Assembly (NCBI GenBank): GCA_963972105.1
Contig: CAXAVH010000001.1
Coordinates: 1-59,258 of the forward strand
Reading direction: 5' to 3'
Length of the DNA: 59,258 bases
From: an uncultured Flavobacteriaceae bacterium
GTDB lineage: Bacteria; Bacteroidota; Bacteroidia; Flavobacteriales; Flavobacteriaceae
Shown here: piece after piece, positions 1-9,806 of the stretch
Numbering within the stretch: the stretch's first letter is position 1
Layout of the letters: each line of letters opens with the position of its first letter
Made by a program: the position numbers and the translations under genes
The notes under the pieces: model-generated
The model's input: the letters and a program-made list of their open reading frames with translations, nothing else
The model's database searches: none
Told to the model about the DNA's origin: nothing

Positions 1-1319
1 CCAATAAACTGGGTCATGCTCTCTACCAATTCGCCTTTATAGGCAACGCGGCCAACGATGCCTTCCGGCACCAATTTCTTGATATCATCTTCGACATCCT
101 GGAAATAGCGATCCTTAGACCCTTGCTTCATAGCCTCGACAGAGCCCATTCCGCGGTATGACTTAAATTTGCGTCCCTCATAAATAATGGTCTCACCTGG
201 CGATTCCTTAGTCCCGGCCAACAGCGAACCCAACATAACGCTATCTGCCCCGGCTGCGATGGCCTTCGGAATGTCTCCCGTATAGCGAATGCCTCCGTCG
301 GCTATAACCGGTACGCCGGAGCCCTTAATGGCCGCTGCCACTTCCAAAACGGCAGAAAATTGTGGAAAACCAACGCCGGCCACTACGCGCGTAGTGCAAA
401 TAGATCCCGGACCAATGCCTACCTTAACCGCATCGGCACCTGCCTCAACCAAATATTTGGCCGCTTCAGCCGTGGCTATGTTGCCAACGACGACATCCAG
501 TTCGGGGAACTTCGACTTTACTTCCTTCAAAACACTCACTACGCCCTTGGTATGGCCGTGGGCGGTATCGATAATAACGGCATCTACCTGGGCCTGTACC
601 AGTGCCTCGGCACGCTCAACGGCATCGGCCGTAACGCCTAGGGCTGCGGCAACCCGAAGTCGACCGTAACTATCTTTATTGGCAATGGGCTTCTTGGTCA
701 TTTTCGTTATATCCCGGAAGGTAATTAGGCCCAGTAACGTGCCATTGTCATCTACTACGGGTAATTTTTCGATTTTATTTTTCTGAAGAATAATCTCGGC
801 ATCCTTTAGAGAAGTGCCCTTTCCCACGGTCACCAGATTCTCGGAAGTCATTACCTCAGAAAGCGGTCGGCCATAGTTCTTCTCGAAACGCAAATCCCGG
901 TTAGTAACGATACCGATGAGTTTCTTGGCATCGTCTATAATGGGAATACCGCCAATGCTATATTCCTTCATCGTGGCCTGTGCGTCGCCCACGGTAGCCG
1001 ACTTGGGCAGGGTAACCGGATCTATGATCATGCCGCTTTCGGCACGTTTCACCTTTCGTACCTCGGCCGCCTGCTGCTCAATGGACATATTTTTATGAAG
1101 CACCCCAATGCCGCCTTCCCTAGCCATGGCAATGGCCATAGCGCTTTCGGTAACGGTATCCATCGCTGCGGAAACGATGGGCACGTTGAGCGTGATGTTG
1201 CGTGAAAATTTTGTTTCTATCGAAACTTCCCTTGGTAAAATTTCAGAATAGGCAGGCACCAAAAGAACATCGTCGTACGTAAGGCCTTCACCAAGAATTT
1301 TGTTGTCGTGTGCGGTCAT
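1..1319 (-). CDS. guaB: IMP dehydrogenase, partial (C-terminal about 50 codons lie beyond the left edge)
   Basis: My own translation from the ATG (plus-strand CAT at 1317-1319) gives [87 protein letters not shown]... The same frame at the window edge reads ...[20 protein letters not shown]. It is absent from the ORF track because there is no stop in the window. The plus-strand ORFs 289-669, 360-641 and 916-1098 are its antisense shadows. Confidence 0.9.
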   Translation of the reverse strand, partial: MTAHDNKILGEGLTYDDVLLVPAYSEILPREVSIETKFSRNITLNVPIVSAAMDTVTESAMAIAMAREGGIGVLHKNMSIEQQAAEVRKVKRAESGMIIDPVTLPKSATVGDAQATMKEYSIGGIPIIDDAKKLIGIVTNRDLRFEKNYGRPLSEVMTSENLVTVGKGTSLKDAEIILQKNKIEKLPVVDDNGTLLGLITFRDITKMTKKPIANKDSYGRLRVAAALGVTADAVERAEALVQAQVDAVIIDTAHGHTKGVVSVLKEVKSKFPELDVVVGNIATAEAAKYLVEAGADAVKVGIGPGSICTTRVVAGVGFPQFSAVLEVAAAIKGSGVPVIADGGIRYTGDIPKAIAAGADSVMLGSLLAGTKESPGETIIYEGRKFKSYRGMGSVEAMKQGSKDRYFQDVEDDIKKLVPEGIVGRVAYKGELVESMTQFI

Positions 1320-1448
1320 TGCAATTAAAATTTTATTCCGAAGAAACCGGAAGGGGTTACTATTTAATTGCGTGCAAAAATACAATTAAATTGTGAGATA
1401 TAATGGCACCGTATGGGGCAAAGCCCATGTTTTCGAATTTATACCCGA

Positions 1449-3899
1449 TTATAAGCTTATTTGAAGGCCAGCGTAAAAGGTGCGCGGCTGACTGGGTATA
1501 ATGCCAGGACCCGGATATCCAGTGGCCCGGCGCACGAAATAGCTATTGTCCAGCACATTATTGAGTCCGCCCTCTACCCGGAAGCGACCATAAGTATAGC
1601 TCAATGAAAGATCCAAAATATCATACGCGGGAATTTCACCCACAATACCACTTTGGCTCTCAAAATCGCGAAGGCTATTCGTGGCATCGGTAAATTGCCT
1701 GCCCAGATAGGTATACTGTAAGCTGCCCAAAAGATTTTTGTAGCCAAAATGCACCCCCGTTTTGAGGTTAACCGACGGAATGAACTCCACCTCGTTGCCG
1801 GCAACGTTATTCTGTCCTGAAGAAGTATATTCACTATCGGTCACCGCCAGATTCAAGAACGTGGAGAGTTTTACGCGATCGTCTTCAAAAAAAGTGGTCC
1901 AAATGTTCCAGTCCACAAAACCTTCGAAGCCGTATATGGAGGCATCGCCAATATTTCCGCGGAAACGTTCCTCTTGAATATCGCTCAGTTCACGAATTAC
2001 AACTCCCAAACGGTCGCGGTAGCGCAGATAGAATGCCCCGATATCGTACGACACGTAATTTCTGAATCGACCCCGCACCCCAATATCGGCCGTGTAACCT
2101 TCTTCATCTGTAATTTCGGGGTCTATCGTAAGCGACGGGTTGGTTATTCGAATATCGTTGAAGGTGACCGACCGGTAGTTCTGGCTCACGTTCGCATAGA
2201 GTTCGGCCTTTGTACTGGGCTTATAGCTAAGGCCCAGCCCAAGTAAGATAAAGCTACGGTCGAACGTGCGATTATCAGGAATGGTCTCGTTCAAGATGGG
2301 ATTTCCAGCCAAATCGAAACGGATATCCTTGTACGCTCCCTCACTTTCGGTTTTGATATATTCTACCCGAAACCCTGGCGTCACCGAAAACCTATCGGAA
2401 AGTTGAAAAATATGCTCACCGAAAAATGCCAGGTTCACATTAGGAAACTCAAAATCGCTTTGCCTTGGGTAATCGGGAAACGCATCGTTGGCAAACTGAA
2501 AATCGGCATCATTTCCCGTGCTACCAGGGCCTTGTCGTTCGGCATTGTTACTTTGGTAATACTTGGCACCCAAGAGCAGGACGTTCTCGTTTTCCAAAAA
2601 ATCGTAGCGCGTTAACAACCTGGTCTCGGTACCCCAATTCCGAAATTTTCCGGAGATTAGTTCGCGGGGCGAAGTTAAATCGTCTTCCTGCGATACTCTG
2701 TTTTCCCTAAAGCCTACTGATTTTCGCGAAGCATCCAACGCAAAAAGATTGGCACTAAACTGGGTTTTTTCTGAAAATGAATGTTCCAGTAAAAGTGCAT
2801 ACAACTTCCAGTCAACTTCGAACCAGTTTCTACTCCGGTTGCTAAAGGTCGGATCCTCCTCAAACTGCCGGTCTGTCAACCCGCCAGGTTGTTGTGCCAA
2901 ATAGTACAGGTAACTGAACTCGCCCGTTACCTTGGTTTTTTCGTCAAGCTCGTACGCCACATGAGCATAGGCATTATAGCTATTGAAGCCCGAGTTGGGC
3001 CTAAAATCTTCGCCCGTCTTATAGTTAAAATAGGAATAATAGCCAACCTTTCCCACCGTACCGGAGGCACTGTTAAAACTGTTGAAAAGATTGTAGCTTC
3101 CTACCGTTTGGCGCGATACCCACTCGAATTCCTTCTCAGCATTTGGTGCTTTCAGCTTGAAATTTACCAAGCCGCCAAATTGCGTTCCATACTGCAGTGA
3201 TGCGGCCCCTCGCACCACCTCTATTTGCTGCAGCGCTTCGGCGGGCGGCGTGTAGTAGCTTTCTGGATATCCCAGAACATCGGCAGAGATATCATAGCCA
3301 TTTTGGCGCACGTTGAAATTCGCCGATCGATTGGGGTTGAGGCCCCTACCTCCAATGTTTAGCTGAAGGCCCGCGTCGTTATTCTCGTAAATATTAAGAC
3401 CAACCACCTGCGCGTATATCTGTCTCGCATTTCCCGTGGCGAGATTAGCGGTAAGATTGTCAAGCAATACAACTTCGCTCTTCTTACCCGCATAGATAGC
3501 GGTACCCTCTACTGGACGTAGTTGTTTTAAGGCAAATTGGCGCTCCTTACGCTTTGTAAGCACCACTTCGGTGAGGGTTTCACCCAAGGGCTGTAAGCTG
3601 AAATTCTGAACCGTATTCCCGTTAACCGTAACTTGGGTTTCGGCTATTTCAAATTCGAAGGTGAAGACCACAAGGTAATGATCGCCGTTGGATACCGATT
3701 CAAACGAAAAATTTCCAGAGCCATTTGTAACGGTACTTTTCCCCGTACTGGTGAGGTACACCTCGGCCCCGGCAATAGGCTCCCCGGCCAAGGTGGTGAC
3801 CGTACCGCTGAGGCTGGATTGTGCCAACGTTTGACACGCAATTAGCAGTATAAGCGCAAAACTCAAATTCTTCAAAACACTACAATCCTTTAATTTCAT
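1449..3899 (-). CDS. TonB-dependent outer-membrane receptor with N-terminal carboxypeptidase-regulatory-like domain
   Basis: 816 aa. It has a signal peptide (LILLIACQTLAQSS), a CarbopepD_reg-like start (SGTVTTLAGEPIAGAEVYL), a plug region and a C-terminal beta-barrel ending in ...TFYAGLQISL with an aromatic-rich terminal strand. The ATG overlaps the stop of the upstream HTTM gene by 20 nt. Confidence 0.85.
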   Translation of the reverse strand: MKLKDCSVLKNLSFALILLIACQTLAQSSLSGTVTTLAGEPIAGAEVYLTSTGKSTVTNGSGNFSFESVSNGDHYLVVFTFEFEIAETQVTVNGNTVQNFSLQPLGETLTEVVLTKRKERQFALKQLRPVEGTAIYAGKKSEVVLLDNLTANLATGNARQIYAQVVGLNIYENNDAGLQLNIGGRGLNPNRSANFNVRQNGYDISADVLGYPESYYTPPAEALQQIEVVRGAASLQYGTQFGGLVNFKLKAPNAEKEFEWVSRQTVGSYNLFNSFNSASGTVGKVGYYSYFNYKTGEDFRPNSGFNSYNAYAHVAYELDEKTKVTGEFSYLYYLAQQPGGLTDRQFEEDPTFSNRSRNWFEVDWKLYALLLEHSFSEKTQFSANLFALDASRKSVGFRENRVSQEDDLTSPRELISGKFRNWGTETRLLTRYDFLENENVLLLGAKYYQSNNAERQGPGSTGNDADFQFANDAFPDYPRQSDFEFPNVNLAFFGEHIFQLSDRFSVTPGFRVEYIKTESEGAYKDIRFDLAGNPILNETIPDNRTFDRSFILLGLGLSYKPSTKAELYANVSQNYRSVTFNDIRITNPSLTIDPEITDEEGYTADIGVRGRFRNYVSYDIGAFYLRYRDRLGVVIRELSDIQEERFRGNIGDASIYGFEGFVDWNIWTTFFEDDRVKLSTFLNLAVTDSEYTSSGQNNVAGNEVEFIPSVNLKTGVHFGYKNLLGSLQYTYLGRQFTDATNSLRDFESQSGIVGEIPAYDILDLSLSYTYGRFRVEGGLNNVLDNSYFVRRATGYPGPGIIPSQPRTFYAGLQISL

Positions 3900-5244
3900 C
3901 TTGAAAGGGTACTATCCAGGTTTTATGCGCGAACGATTCGCGCTGATTCAATAAATTGACTGTCGGGTATACAAAGGGTTGGCTCATTCGACCATTTAGG
4001 GCCACATAACTTTCTACATATATCTCGAGGGGGCCGTGTCCCTGAGCCTTAAACTGGTCGCCCAAGAAATGTGCATACTCAAGAATAAAATCCGGCTGGA
4101 AGCTCATTTGTTTTTCCTGAAAGGGCGTCAGGAAATCACTGTTATCAACGTAAAAATAATTTCCCGTGGCAGGGTTTACTACCTTAAACTGTGCGTAGCC
4201 AGCCTTTTCCATTAGCATGACGCGCCAAGAAAACCGAAATCCCTCCTCGGTCCAGAAAAGTTCACCCGGATACAAGACATAGCGCCAGGGCAATAAAAAC
4301 TGGATTCCGATAAATAGGGCCACTACCCATTTTACCATCGATGTGGTTTTTTCTTTTTTCTTCGGAAGCAATACGGCATCCCATTTCTCCTTTCCAATTC
4401 GAAAAACGCCCGATAAAAAAAGCAAGATGCGATGATGGAATTTCGCATCGAAGAAGATCAAGGTGCTCACGATCATCACAAAGGGAAAAATACCGATGGG
4501 GAACAGCACGCGCGTAAGCACGTGGAAAATAACCACCATGGCGAAGGCGAACCAGCGGGTTTTTCGGTATAGCAGTAAAAAGGGAATACTCAAATCGTAC
4601 AGTGCGCCACTCCAGCTAAAGGCAAAGTGCGCCCATTCCTGTTGTAGGATCGTTCCCAACAAAGGAAGGTCATAATTGGAGGGGAGCCATATTTTAAGGG
4701 GCATAGCGCGAAAAAGCCAGTCGCTATTCAATTTTGCCAATCCGGCATAGAAGTAGACTATTCCCAGAAGTACTTTAATGCTATCTATGGTCCAGGAGGG
4801 AATATAGTACGCGGCCAATTTCTTATTCCGCCAAGCATCTACCGAAAAGTAACGGTGGGCCGGCAAAAAAAGCATCAAAAAGCTTACGCAGCTTATAAAG
4901 TAATAATGGTTAAGGTAGGTGGTCTTATCCATCAATTCGATATAGGTAAAGCTCAGAAAAAAGGTGAGTATGGATAGGCGATACTTAAAGCCCAGGGCCA
5001 CACCCAATGCACTGAGACCGCATACCAAGAAAATTACGTAGGTAAAAGCGCCCAGCGGCCTTACCCATTCGAAACCGTAATATGAAAAGTGAAAAGTGGG
5101 CTCAAGGTATAATTTTTCAATCCAGCCATTGGCCCAAAAACGGAGCAAGCTCCCTACCATCATAAGGCCAAAGAAAATACGAAAGACCGCCAACGGGGCG
5201 GCCTCTGTAGGCTTATCAAGGTATTTTGCGAGCGGGCTACCCAT
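3880..5244 (-). CDS. HTTM domain-containing integral membrane protein (vitamin K-dependent gamma-carboxylase-like membrane domain)
   Basis: 454 aa and polytopic. The N-terminus PLAVFRIFFGLMMVGSLLRFWANGWIEKLYLEPTFHFSYYGFEWV is typical of the HTTM family. The ATG shares one base with the imelysin stop (TAATG at 5242-5246). Confidence 0.8.
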   Translation of the reverse strand: MGSPLAKYLDKPTEAAPLAVFRIFFGLMMVGSLLRFWANGWIEKLYLEPTFHFSYYGFEWVRPLGAFTYVIFLVCGLSALGVALGFKYRLSILTFFLSFTYIELMDKTTYLNHYYFISCVSFLMLFLPAHRYFSVDAWRNKKLAAYYIPSWTIDSIKVLLGIVYFYAGLAKLNSDWLFRAMPLKIWLPSNYDLPLLGTILQQEWAHFAFSWSGALYDLSIPFLLLYRKTRWFAFAMVVIFHVLTRVLFPIGIFPFVMIVSTLIFFDAKFHHRILLFLSGVFRIGKEKWDAVLLPKKKEKTTSMVKWVVALFIGIQFLLPWRYVLYPGELFWTEEGFRFSWRVMLMEKAGYAQFKVVNPATGNYFYVDNSDFLTPFQEKQMSFQPDFILEYAHFLGDQFKAQGHGPLEIYVESYVALNGRMSQPFVYPTVNLLNQRESFAHKTWIVPFQDEIKGL

Positions 5245-6362
5245 TAGTCTCCGTCGGCATCGATATAATCGACATTTACATCCAACGCTTGTAGCATATC
5301 TACCTTCAACAGGATAACGTTACGCTGCAGTTCGTCAAAGGCATTCAGCATTTTAGAATTATCTATTTCAATTTGCGCCACGAAGTTTTCATCCAACAGA
5401 TTCAACGCCGCACGAGCATCCTCAAACTGGGCATTGATCAATAGGGCGAGATCCTCACCATTTTTTATGGTGTTCAGGTAATCAAGATAGCTTTTGAAAC
5501 TTTTCCCGGTCTGGTTTCCTGCAAAATGTTTTCCGTTGAAAAAATCTTGCGCGGCCTGTAGCGACGTCAATGCTAATTGCCTTGAAAAGTCCTTCTTATA
5601 AAAAGCTTCTACATTTCCGGGCAAGGGCAAATTGGAAAACACGCCAGCGGGGATTCCTATCTTTCCGGCACGTAGCGCCTTTTCATAATAAAAAACATAG
5701 TCATTCGCCAGTTTATCAACCGAGGCGGAGGCCGAACCGCCAGAATTACTAACAAAGGTATCGCGATACCCAGTATTCCAATTGGCCACGACACTAGCTG
5801 TGAGCGAGTTGGCAATTTGCGCCAAGTTTACCAGGTAATTCGTATAGTTAGTGGCACTTGCGTTGGTGCTATAGAATGCCACGATTTCTGAATCGGTTTC
5901 CCCCAATCCGTAAAGCAAATAATCCATTGCCGGAAATCCTTGCGCATCCATCGTTGAAGGAAGCGAAAGATCATAGGTTCCGCTAGCGATAAAATCTTCT
6001 ATCTCGGTTGTATTGGCAGGATAGGTGTTCAATCGATTCCGGAAAAAGACCGTTTCGGCGGGGCCGATATCGAACATAGAAACTTGCTGAAACGCGATAT
6101 AGGCAGTTTGCCATGCCGAGCGCGCTTCCTGAAGGGTAGCCTCAGATGGGTTTTGAGTAAAACTTGCCACCGCAGATTCTAGAGCCTGGGTCGTCCCACC
6201 AAAATTTAAGTACGCCGGAATTATAATATTATCGGCCCAATTTACCAGCATGGCACTGCGATCGAACGAATCGCCCGAACTCGCGGGACCACCGCTATCG
6301 TCTTCCGAACACGCCCAAAGCGCCAAACATAAAATTCCAAAAAAGAATGATTTCTTTAACAT
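5244..6362 (-). CDS. imelysin-family (Peptidase_M75-like) lipoprotein
   Basis: 372 aa. It has a lipoprotein signal (ILCLALWACSEDD) and an imelysin-like helical-bundle signature (AMLVNWADNIIIPAY...ARSAWQTAYIAFQQVSMFDIGPAE). Confidence 0.8.
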   Translation of the reverse strand: MLKKSFFFGILCLALWACSEDDSGGPASSGDSFDRSAMLVNWADNIIIPAYLNFGGTTQALESAVASFTQNPSEATLQEARSAWQTAYIAFQQVSMFDIGPAETVFFRNRLNTYPANTTEIEDFIASGTYDLSLPSTMDAQGFPAMDYLLYGLGETDSEIVAFYSTNASATNYTNYLVNLAQIANSLTASVVANWNTGYRDTFVSNSGGSASASVDKLANDYVFYYEKALRAGKIGIPAGVFSNLPLPGNVEAFYKKDFSRQLALTSLQAAQDFFNGKHFAGNQTGKSFKSYLDYLNTIKNGEDLALLINAQFEDARAALNLLDENFVAQIEIDNSKMLNAFDELQRNVILLKVDMLQALDVNVDYIDADGD

Positions 6363-6388
6363 ATCGCAAAAATTTGTGCAAAAGTACT

Positions 6389-6421
6389 AAAAAGCAACTG
6401 GCCCACTTTCACGCAGGCCAG
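6389..6421 (-). terminator. intra-operon hairpin plus T-run (possible partial terminator or attenuator between the DUF4856 and imelysin genes)
   Basis: On the minus strand the stem CTGGCC pairs with GGCCAG (plus-strand coordinates 6398-6403 and 6416-6421) around a 12-nt loop, followed by TTGCTTTTT. Confidence 0.4.
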
Positions 6422-6442
6422 CCGCAACCTAATTCAAATATT

Positions 6443-7666
6443 TTAATTGGCGGCCATTTGAACGGTGAAGTCGAACTTCGCCGCAATGGCTTCGGAAATT
6501 CTATCTAACGTTTCGGGGGTTACATTCCAAAGTCCATTCGAACCATCCGAAAGCAGTTCGGAAAGGAAACTGTCTACCTCACCTTTACTGAAATAAGGCA
6601 TATCATCTGCCGTGTTACGCGTAAAGCGAAGGCTATAGACAAACCCGTATCCTTCCGATAGGTCGTGGAATGCCGCACCAAAATCGCCGTCCTGGATTCC
6701 CACCTTACCGGCCTGCAAATAGTATACCGCACGAATGGCAATTACTTCGGAAACCAGTTGGCGAATCAAATCGGCCTGTTGGTCGCGCACCTCGTAATTC
6801 TTGGCTACGATGGCCGCCCTACCTAATTTAAAGGCATCGAATATCTCTTGCGCAATACCTTCAAAATCAAGATCGGAATTCACCTTTCCTACGTACTTGT
6901 TCAAAAAGCCGTCCGCCTCGCCAATGGCGGGAACCGGATTGGCCGTGTTTTGCGCGGCACCAAAAAGGTAGCCATATGCCTCGTCCCACTTATGTTCCAT
7001 TGTGGTGTAGGGCTTATCGGCCACGGTGATTTCGTTATCGTTATCAGTCCGGTTATTTGCTTCATCCAAAACAGAGGTGCTCAAATAGTTGTTCAACATT
7101 TGGTCGGCCATTAGGGCCCCAATAAGCCCCTTGGCGAAAATTTGATTCATCTCCAACCCATTGGCAGCGACGTAACGCGGAGAGGAACCGTCGGCAATCT
7201 GGCCCGAAACCCCGGGGGCCGCGGCGACATTGCGATTGGGCACTACCTCGGCAAAATGGTTATCGATGTACCCGTCGAATGTGTTTTTTATAGTGGCCGC
7301 CTCGGTTGCGTTGCTTCCGAAGTAGTCTTTAGAGGCCGCAGTTTTACTGCGAACATTTTTTCCAGAAGCATTTAAACGCGAATCGCTAAAGTTATTCTCA
7401 CCCTCTTGGTGGGCGAACATCGCCTTAACGGAAGCTTCGGTAGAAGCATCGAAATCATTGAACGCGCCGGCAATTTCACCCGCCATTAGTATGCGAGTGG
7501 TTTGGCCCTCGAACGATACGGTAGACTGCCCGTCACGTTCAAAAACGTAGGTTGCCGGTGCCTCGACAGAAGAGTTATCAATAGAGCTTCCCTCGTCATC
7601 GTTGGCACAAGAGAATAAGGCAAAACTTGCTAGGAGAGCGGTGAAAAGATAGTTTTTCATCATCAT
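6443..7666 (-). CDS. DUF4856 domain-containing lipoprotein
   Basis: 407 aa. It has a lipoprotein signal (LLASFALFSCANDD). APATYVFERDGQSTVSFEGQTTRILM is typical of the DUF4856 proteins that precede imelysin genes in Bacteroidota. Confidence 0.75.
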   Translation of the reverse strand: MMMKNYLFTALLASFALFSCANDDEGSSIDNSSVEAPATYVFERDGQSTVSFEGQTTRILMAGEIAGAFNDFDASTEASVKAMFAHQEGENNFSDSRLNASGKNVRSKTAASKDYFGSNATEAATIKNTFDGYIDNHFAEVVPNRNVAAAPGVSGQIADGSSPRYVAANGLEMNQIFAKGLIGALMADQMLNNYLSTSVLDEANNRTDNDNEITVADKPYTTMEHKWDEAYGYLFGAAQNTANPVPAIGEADGFLNKYVGKVNSDLDFEGIAQEIFDAFKLGRAAIVAKNYEVRDQQADLIRQLVSEVIAIRAVYYLQAGKVGIQDGDFGAAFHDLSEGYGFVYSLRFTRNTADDMPYFSKGEVDSFLSELLSDGSNGLWNVTPETLDRISEAIAAKFDFTVQMAAN

Positions 7667-7784
7667 TTTATTTAGACTTAATATAAATAAGAGTTTATTT
7701 CAAGCGCAAAAATAATGAGACAAAATAAATCTACCAAGTTTATTTAGATTAAATTTAAATAATGTCGGGGTGAATGAGATATGG

Positions 7785-8261
7785 TTATTTCCGTGAAACC
7801 TGTAGCTGGTTCTTGTACTGCAATCTAGCCAGTCCGGCCCATTGCAACAACATACTTTTTTCTGGTTCCTCGAGTTTTCCGTGGATCCAAGTATACGACT
7901 CTAGGGGCATTTCCTCGGCCTCTACCATTTCAATGAGTTCTTCCAATTTATGGTCCTTTTTCTTTACTGAATAGGTTTTCCATTCGGAAACGTTGAAATG
8001 TTCCTTGCCGTGCTCTATGTGCTCCTCGAGCCAGAGCGACACCGGGGCGATTTCGGCATACCAAGGGTATTGCGTCTGATTGCTATGGCAATCATAACAG
8101 CTTTCCTTCAAAATGCTGGCCACTTGAACGGAAGGCTTTGTCTCGTTTTCAAAATACATTATCGACTCGTATCCGCCGTTGTTTTTCTGCGGACGAACGA
8201 ACTGTATGCCGATTAGTACCACGAGTAAAATAACACCTACTATTTGAAAGAGTTTGATCAC
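7785..8261 (-). CDS. haem-binding-domain protein (single N-terminal TM helix)
   Basis: 158 aa. It carries the motif CYDCHSNQTQYPWYAEIAPVSLWLEEHIEHGKEHFNVSEW. The GTG start overlaps the stop of the upstream 5'-nucleotidase (GTGA). Confidence 0.75.
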   Translation of the reverse strand: MIKLFQIVGVILLVVLIGIQFVRPQKNNGGYESIMYFENETKPSVQVASILKESCYDCHSNQTQYPWYAEIAPVSLWLEEHIEHGKEHFNVSEWKTYSVKKKDHKLEELIEMVEAEEMPLESYTWIHGKLEEPEKSMLLQWAGLARLQYKNQLQVSRK

Positions 8262-9805
8262 TGGGCCGTTGGTTGATTTTTCATAAATAGGATCACGGCC
8301 TTGCGAATATCGGTCGCAGGTTCGCTTATTTCAGGTTCATATACCTTGATAACTCCCGGATGGGAAGGGGTGAGAAATGGAATGTCGTATCCCTTCATCA
8401 GGAAATCGCTAAGGGCGATGGTATAAACGGTATTATCCTGAATGGATTTATCGCGTAGCAGCCAATCGCCCGTTGCCGATTCGGTTATATGATAGCGCTG
8501 CAAATATGCCCCGGTGCCGCGACTTGCCTTGCCATATTCCAAGACTGCGCGCAGTAAGCTTCCCTTCATATCGACCTTTAATACCGGGCCGCCAAAGGGA
8601 AGAATCCGGAATACATCCTGACTGGTAAGCGGCCCCTCCATAATATCATCAACCCTTATGGAGCCACCGTTAACGATAGCCGCATCGACATTGTGGTTAA
8701 AACTGAGCAGCATGGCGTTGGTAATCAATTCGCCAAGGTTGGTCTGTATGTTTCGGTTGGCACTGTCGGTACCATCTAAGGGTGTTTTGGGAACGTAAAT
8801 TATTTCGTTGGGGTTTTTGGCAATCGTCTCCACCTTTTCCTCTAATACCTCGGTCCATTTCTTCACAATTCGGTCTATCGCCGGTTGGGAGGGGATCTTA
8901 GAATCGATAGGCACCAATTTCGAGTGCACATGCACGTAGTTGGTAATAAGGTCGTAGGTAATGGTATGGACATACACCGTCTTTGCATTGGCATCGGCTT
9001 TCGTAATTAATGACCTGCCCTCCCTAATTAGCATACTGGAATGTTCGTGCCCACCCATAATGAGGGGCACCAACGGCAGGCGCTTTGCCAATTTTCTATC
9101 TTGATCTATGGTAAGGTGCGTAAGGCCAAAAATAATATCGGCCTTGTCCTTAACGAGCCTATAGGCTTTATCTGCACTCTCGTACACATCGCCATAATAA
9201 ACGAAATCCTGCGGATTAGAATCTAGGGTAACGCTAAAAAAGCCAATCTTAATTTCGTTACCCAAGGTATCTCTTACGGGAATAGTGAAATAATCGGGTA
9301 CGGGTAGTGATCCAAATTCCAAGTCCTTTTTAAAGGGTTTAAGGCCTCCTTCGGTAGCGTGGCGCACATTCGACGATACCCATTGAAAGTTAGATTCGTT
9401 CAATCGCTTCTGAAGGTCCTCCTCGCCAATATCGAATTCGTGGTTTCCGAAGGTTACCAGATCGAAGTCCATGGCATTCATTACATCGATCATCTGTTTG
9501 CCATGAATAGTTTCGCCGTTGTGAGACAGGGTACCTAGCAAGGAAGGGTTGAGAAAATCGCCTGCCATGAAAAGATAAGTGTTTGGATTTTCACGTGCTA
9601 TGGAGTCCCTAATGTGGGCCACACGGGCAAGACCGCCATACTGTCCGCCATTTAAGGGCGCAATTTCATATACATCATTCAGCTGAATGAACTTGAAGGT
9701 CATGGTACCATCGCCGTAGATGGTTTCGGGATTGACCGGCTGAATTATCTTGCAACTAACTAATAAGGCACTAACTATAATTGAAAACAACACCCCTTTT
9801 TTCAT
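8258..9805 (-). CDS. bifunctional metallophosphatase / 5'-nucleotidase lipoprotein
   Basis: It has the metallophosphoesterase motifs GDFLNP, GNHEFD and GGHEH plus a C-terminal 5'-nucleotidase domain. I trimmed the start to the ATG at 9805 (MKKGVLFSIIVSALLVSCK, a lipobox), which sits 1 nt after the upstream stop. The ORF-track start at 9856 would overlap the upstream gene. Confidence 0.85.
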   Translation of the reverse strand: MKKGVLFSIIVSALLVSCKIIQPVNPETIYGDGTMTFKFIQLNDVYEIAPLNGGQYGGLARVAHIRDSIARENPNTYLFMAGDFLNPSLLGTLSHNGETIHGKQMIDVMNAMDFDLVTFGNHEFDIGEEDLQKRLNESNFQWVSSNVRHATEGGLKPFKKDLEFGSLPVPDYFTIPVRDTLGNEIKIGFFSVTLDSNPQDFVYYGDVYESADKAYRLVKDKADIIFGLTHLTIDQDRKLAKRLPLVPLIMGGHEHSSMLIREGRSLITKADANAKTVYVHTITYDLITNYVHVHSKLVPIDSKIPSQPAIDRIVKKWTEVLEEKVETIAKNPNEIIYVPKTPLDGTDSANRNIQTNLGELITNAMLLSFNHNVDAAIVNGGSIRVDDIMEGPLTSQDVFRILPFGGPVLKVDMKGSLLRAVLEYGKASRGTGAYLQRYHITESATGDWLLRDKSIQDNTVYTIALSDFLMKGYDIPFLTPSHPGVIKVYEPEISEPATDIRKAVILFMKNQPTAQ

Positions 9806-9806
9806 A

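Noticed and set aside
289-1098. Three plus-strand ORFs (289-669, 360-641 and 916-1098) at the left edge.
   Set aside because: They are antisense to the guaB coding frame, which reads cleanly as IMP dehydrogenase from the ATG at 1319 to the window edge.
1382-1394. The palindrome ACAATT-A-AATTGT lies upstream of guaB and could be an operator.
   Set aside because: It is a short AT-only palindrome in an AT-rich spacer, and the chance expectation for such a sequence is high. Nothing supports it without comparative data.
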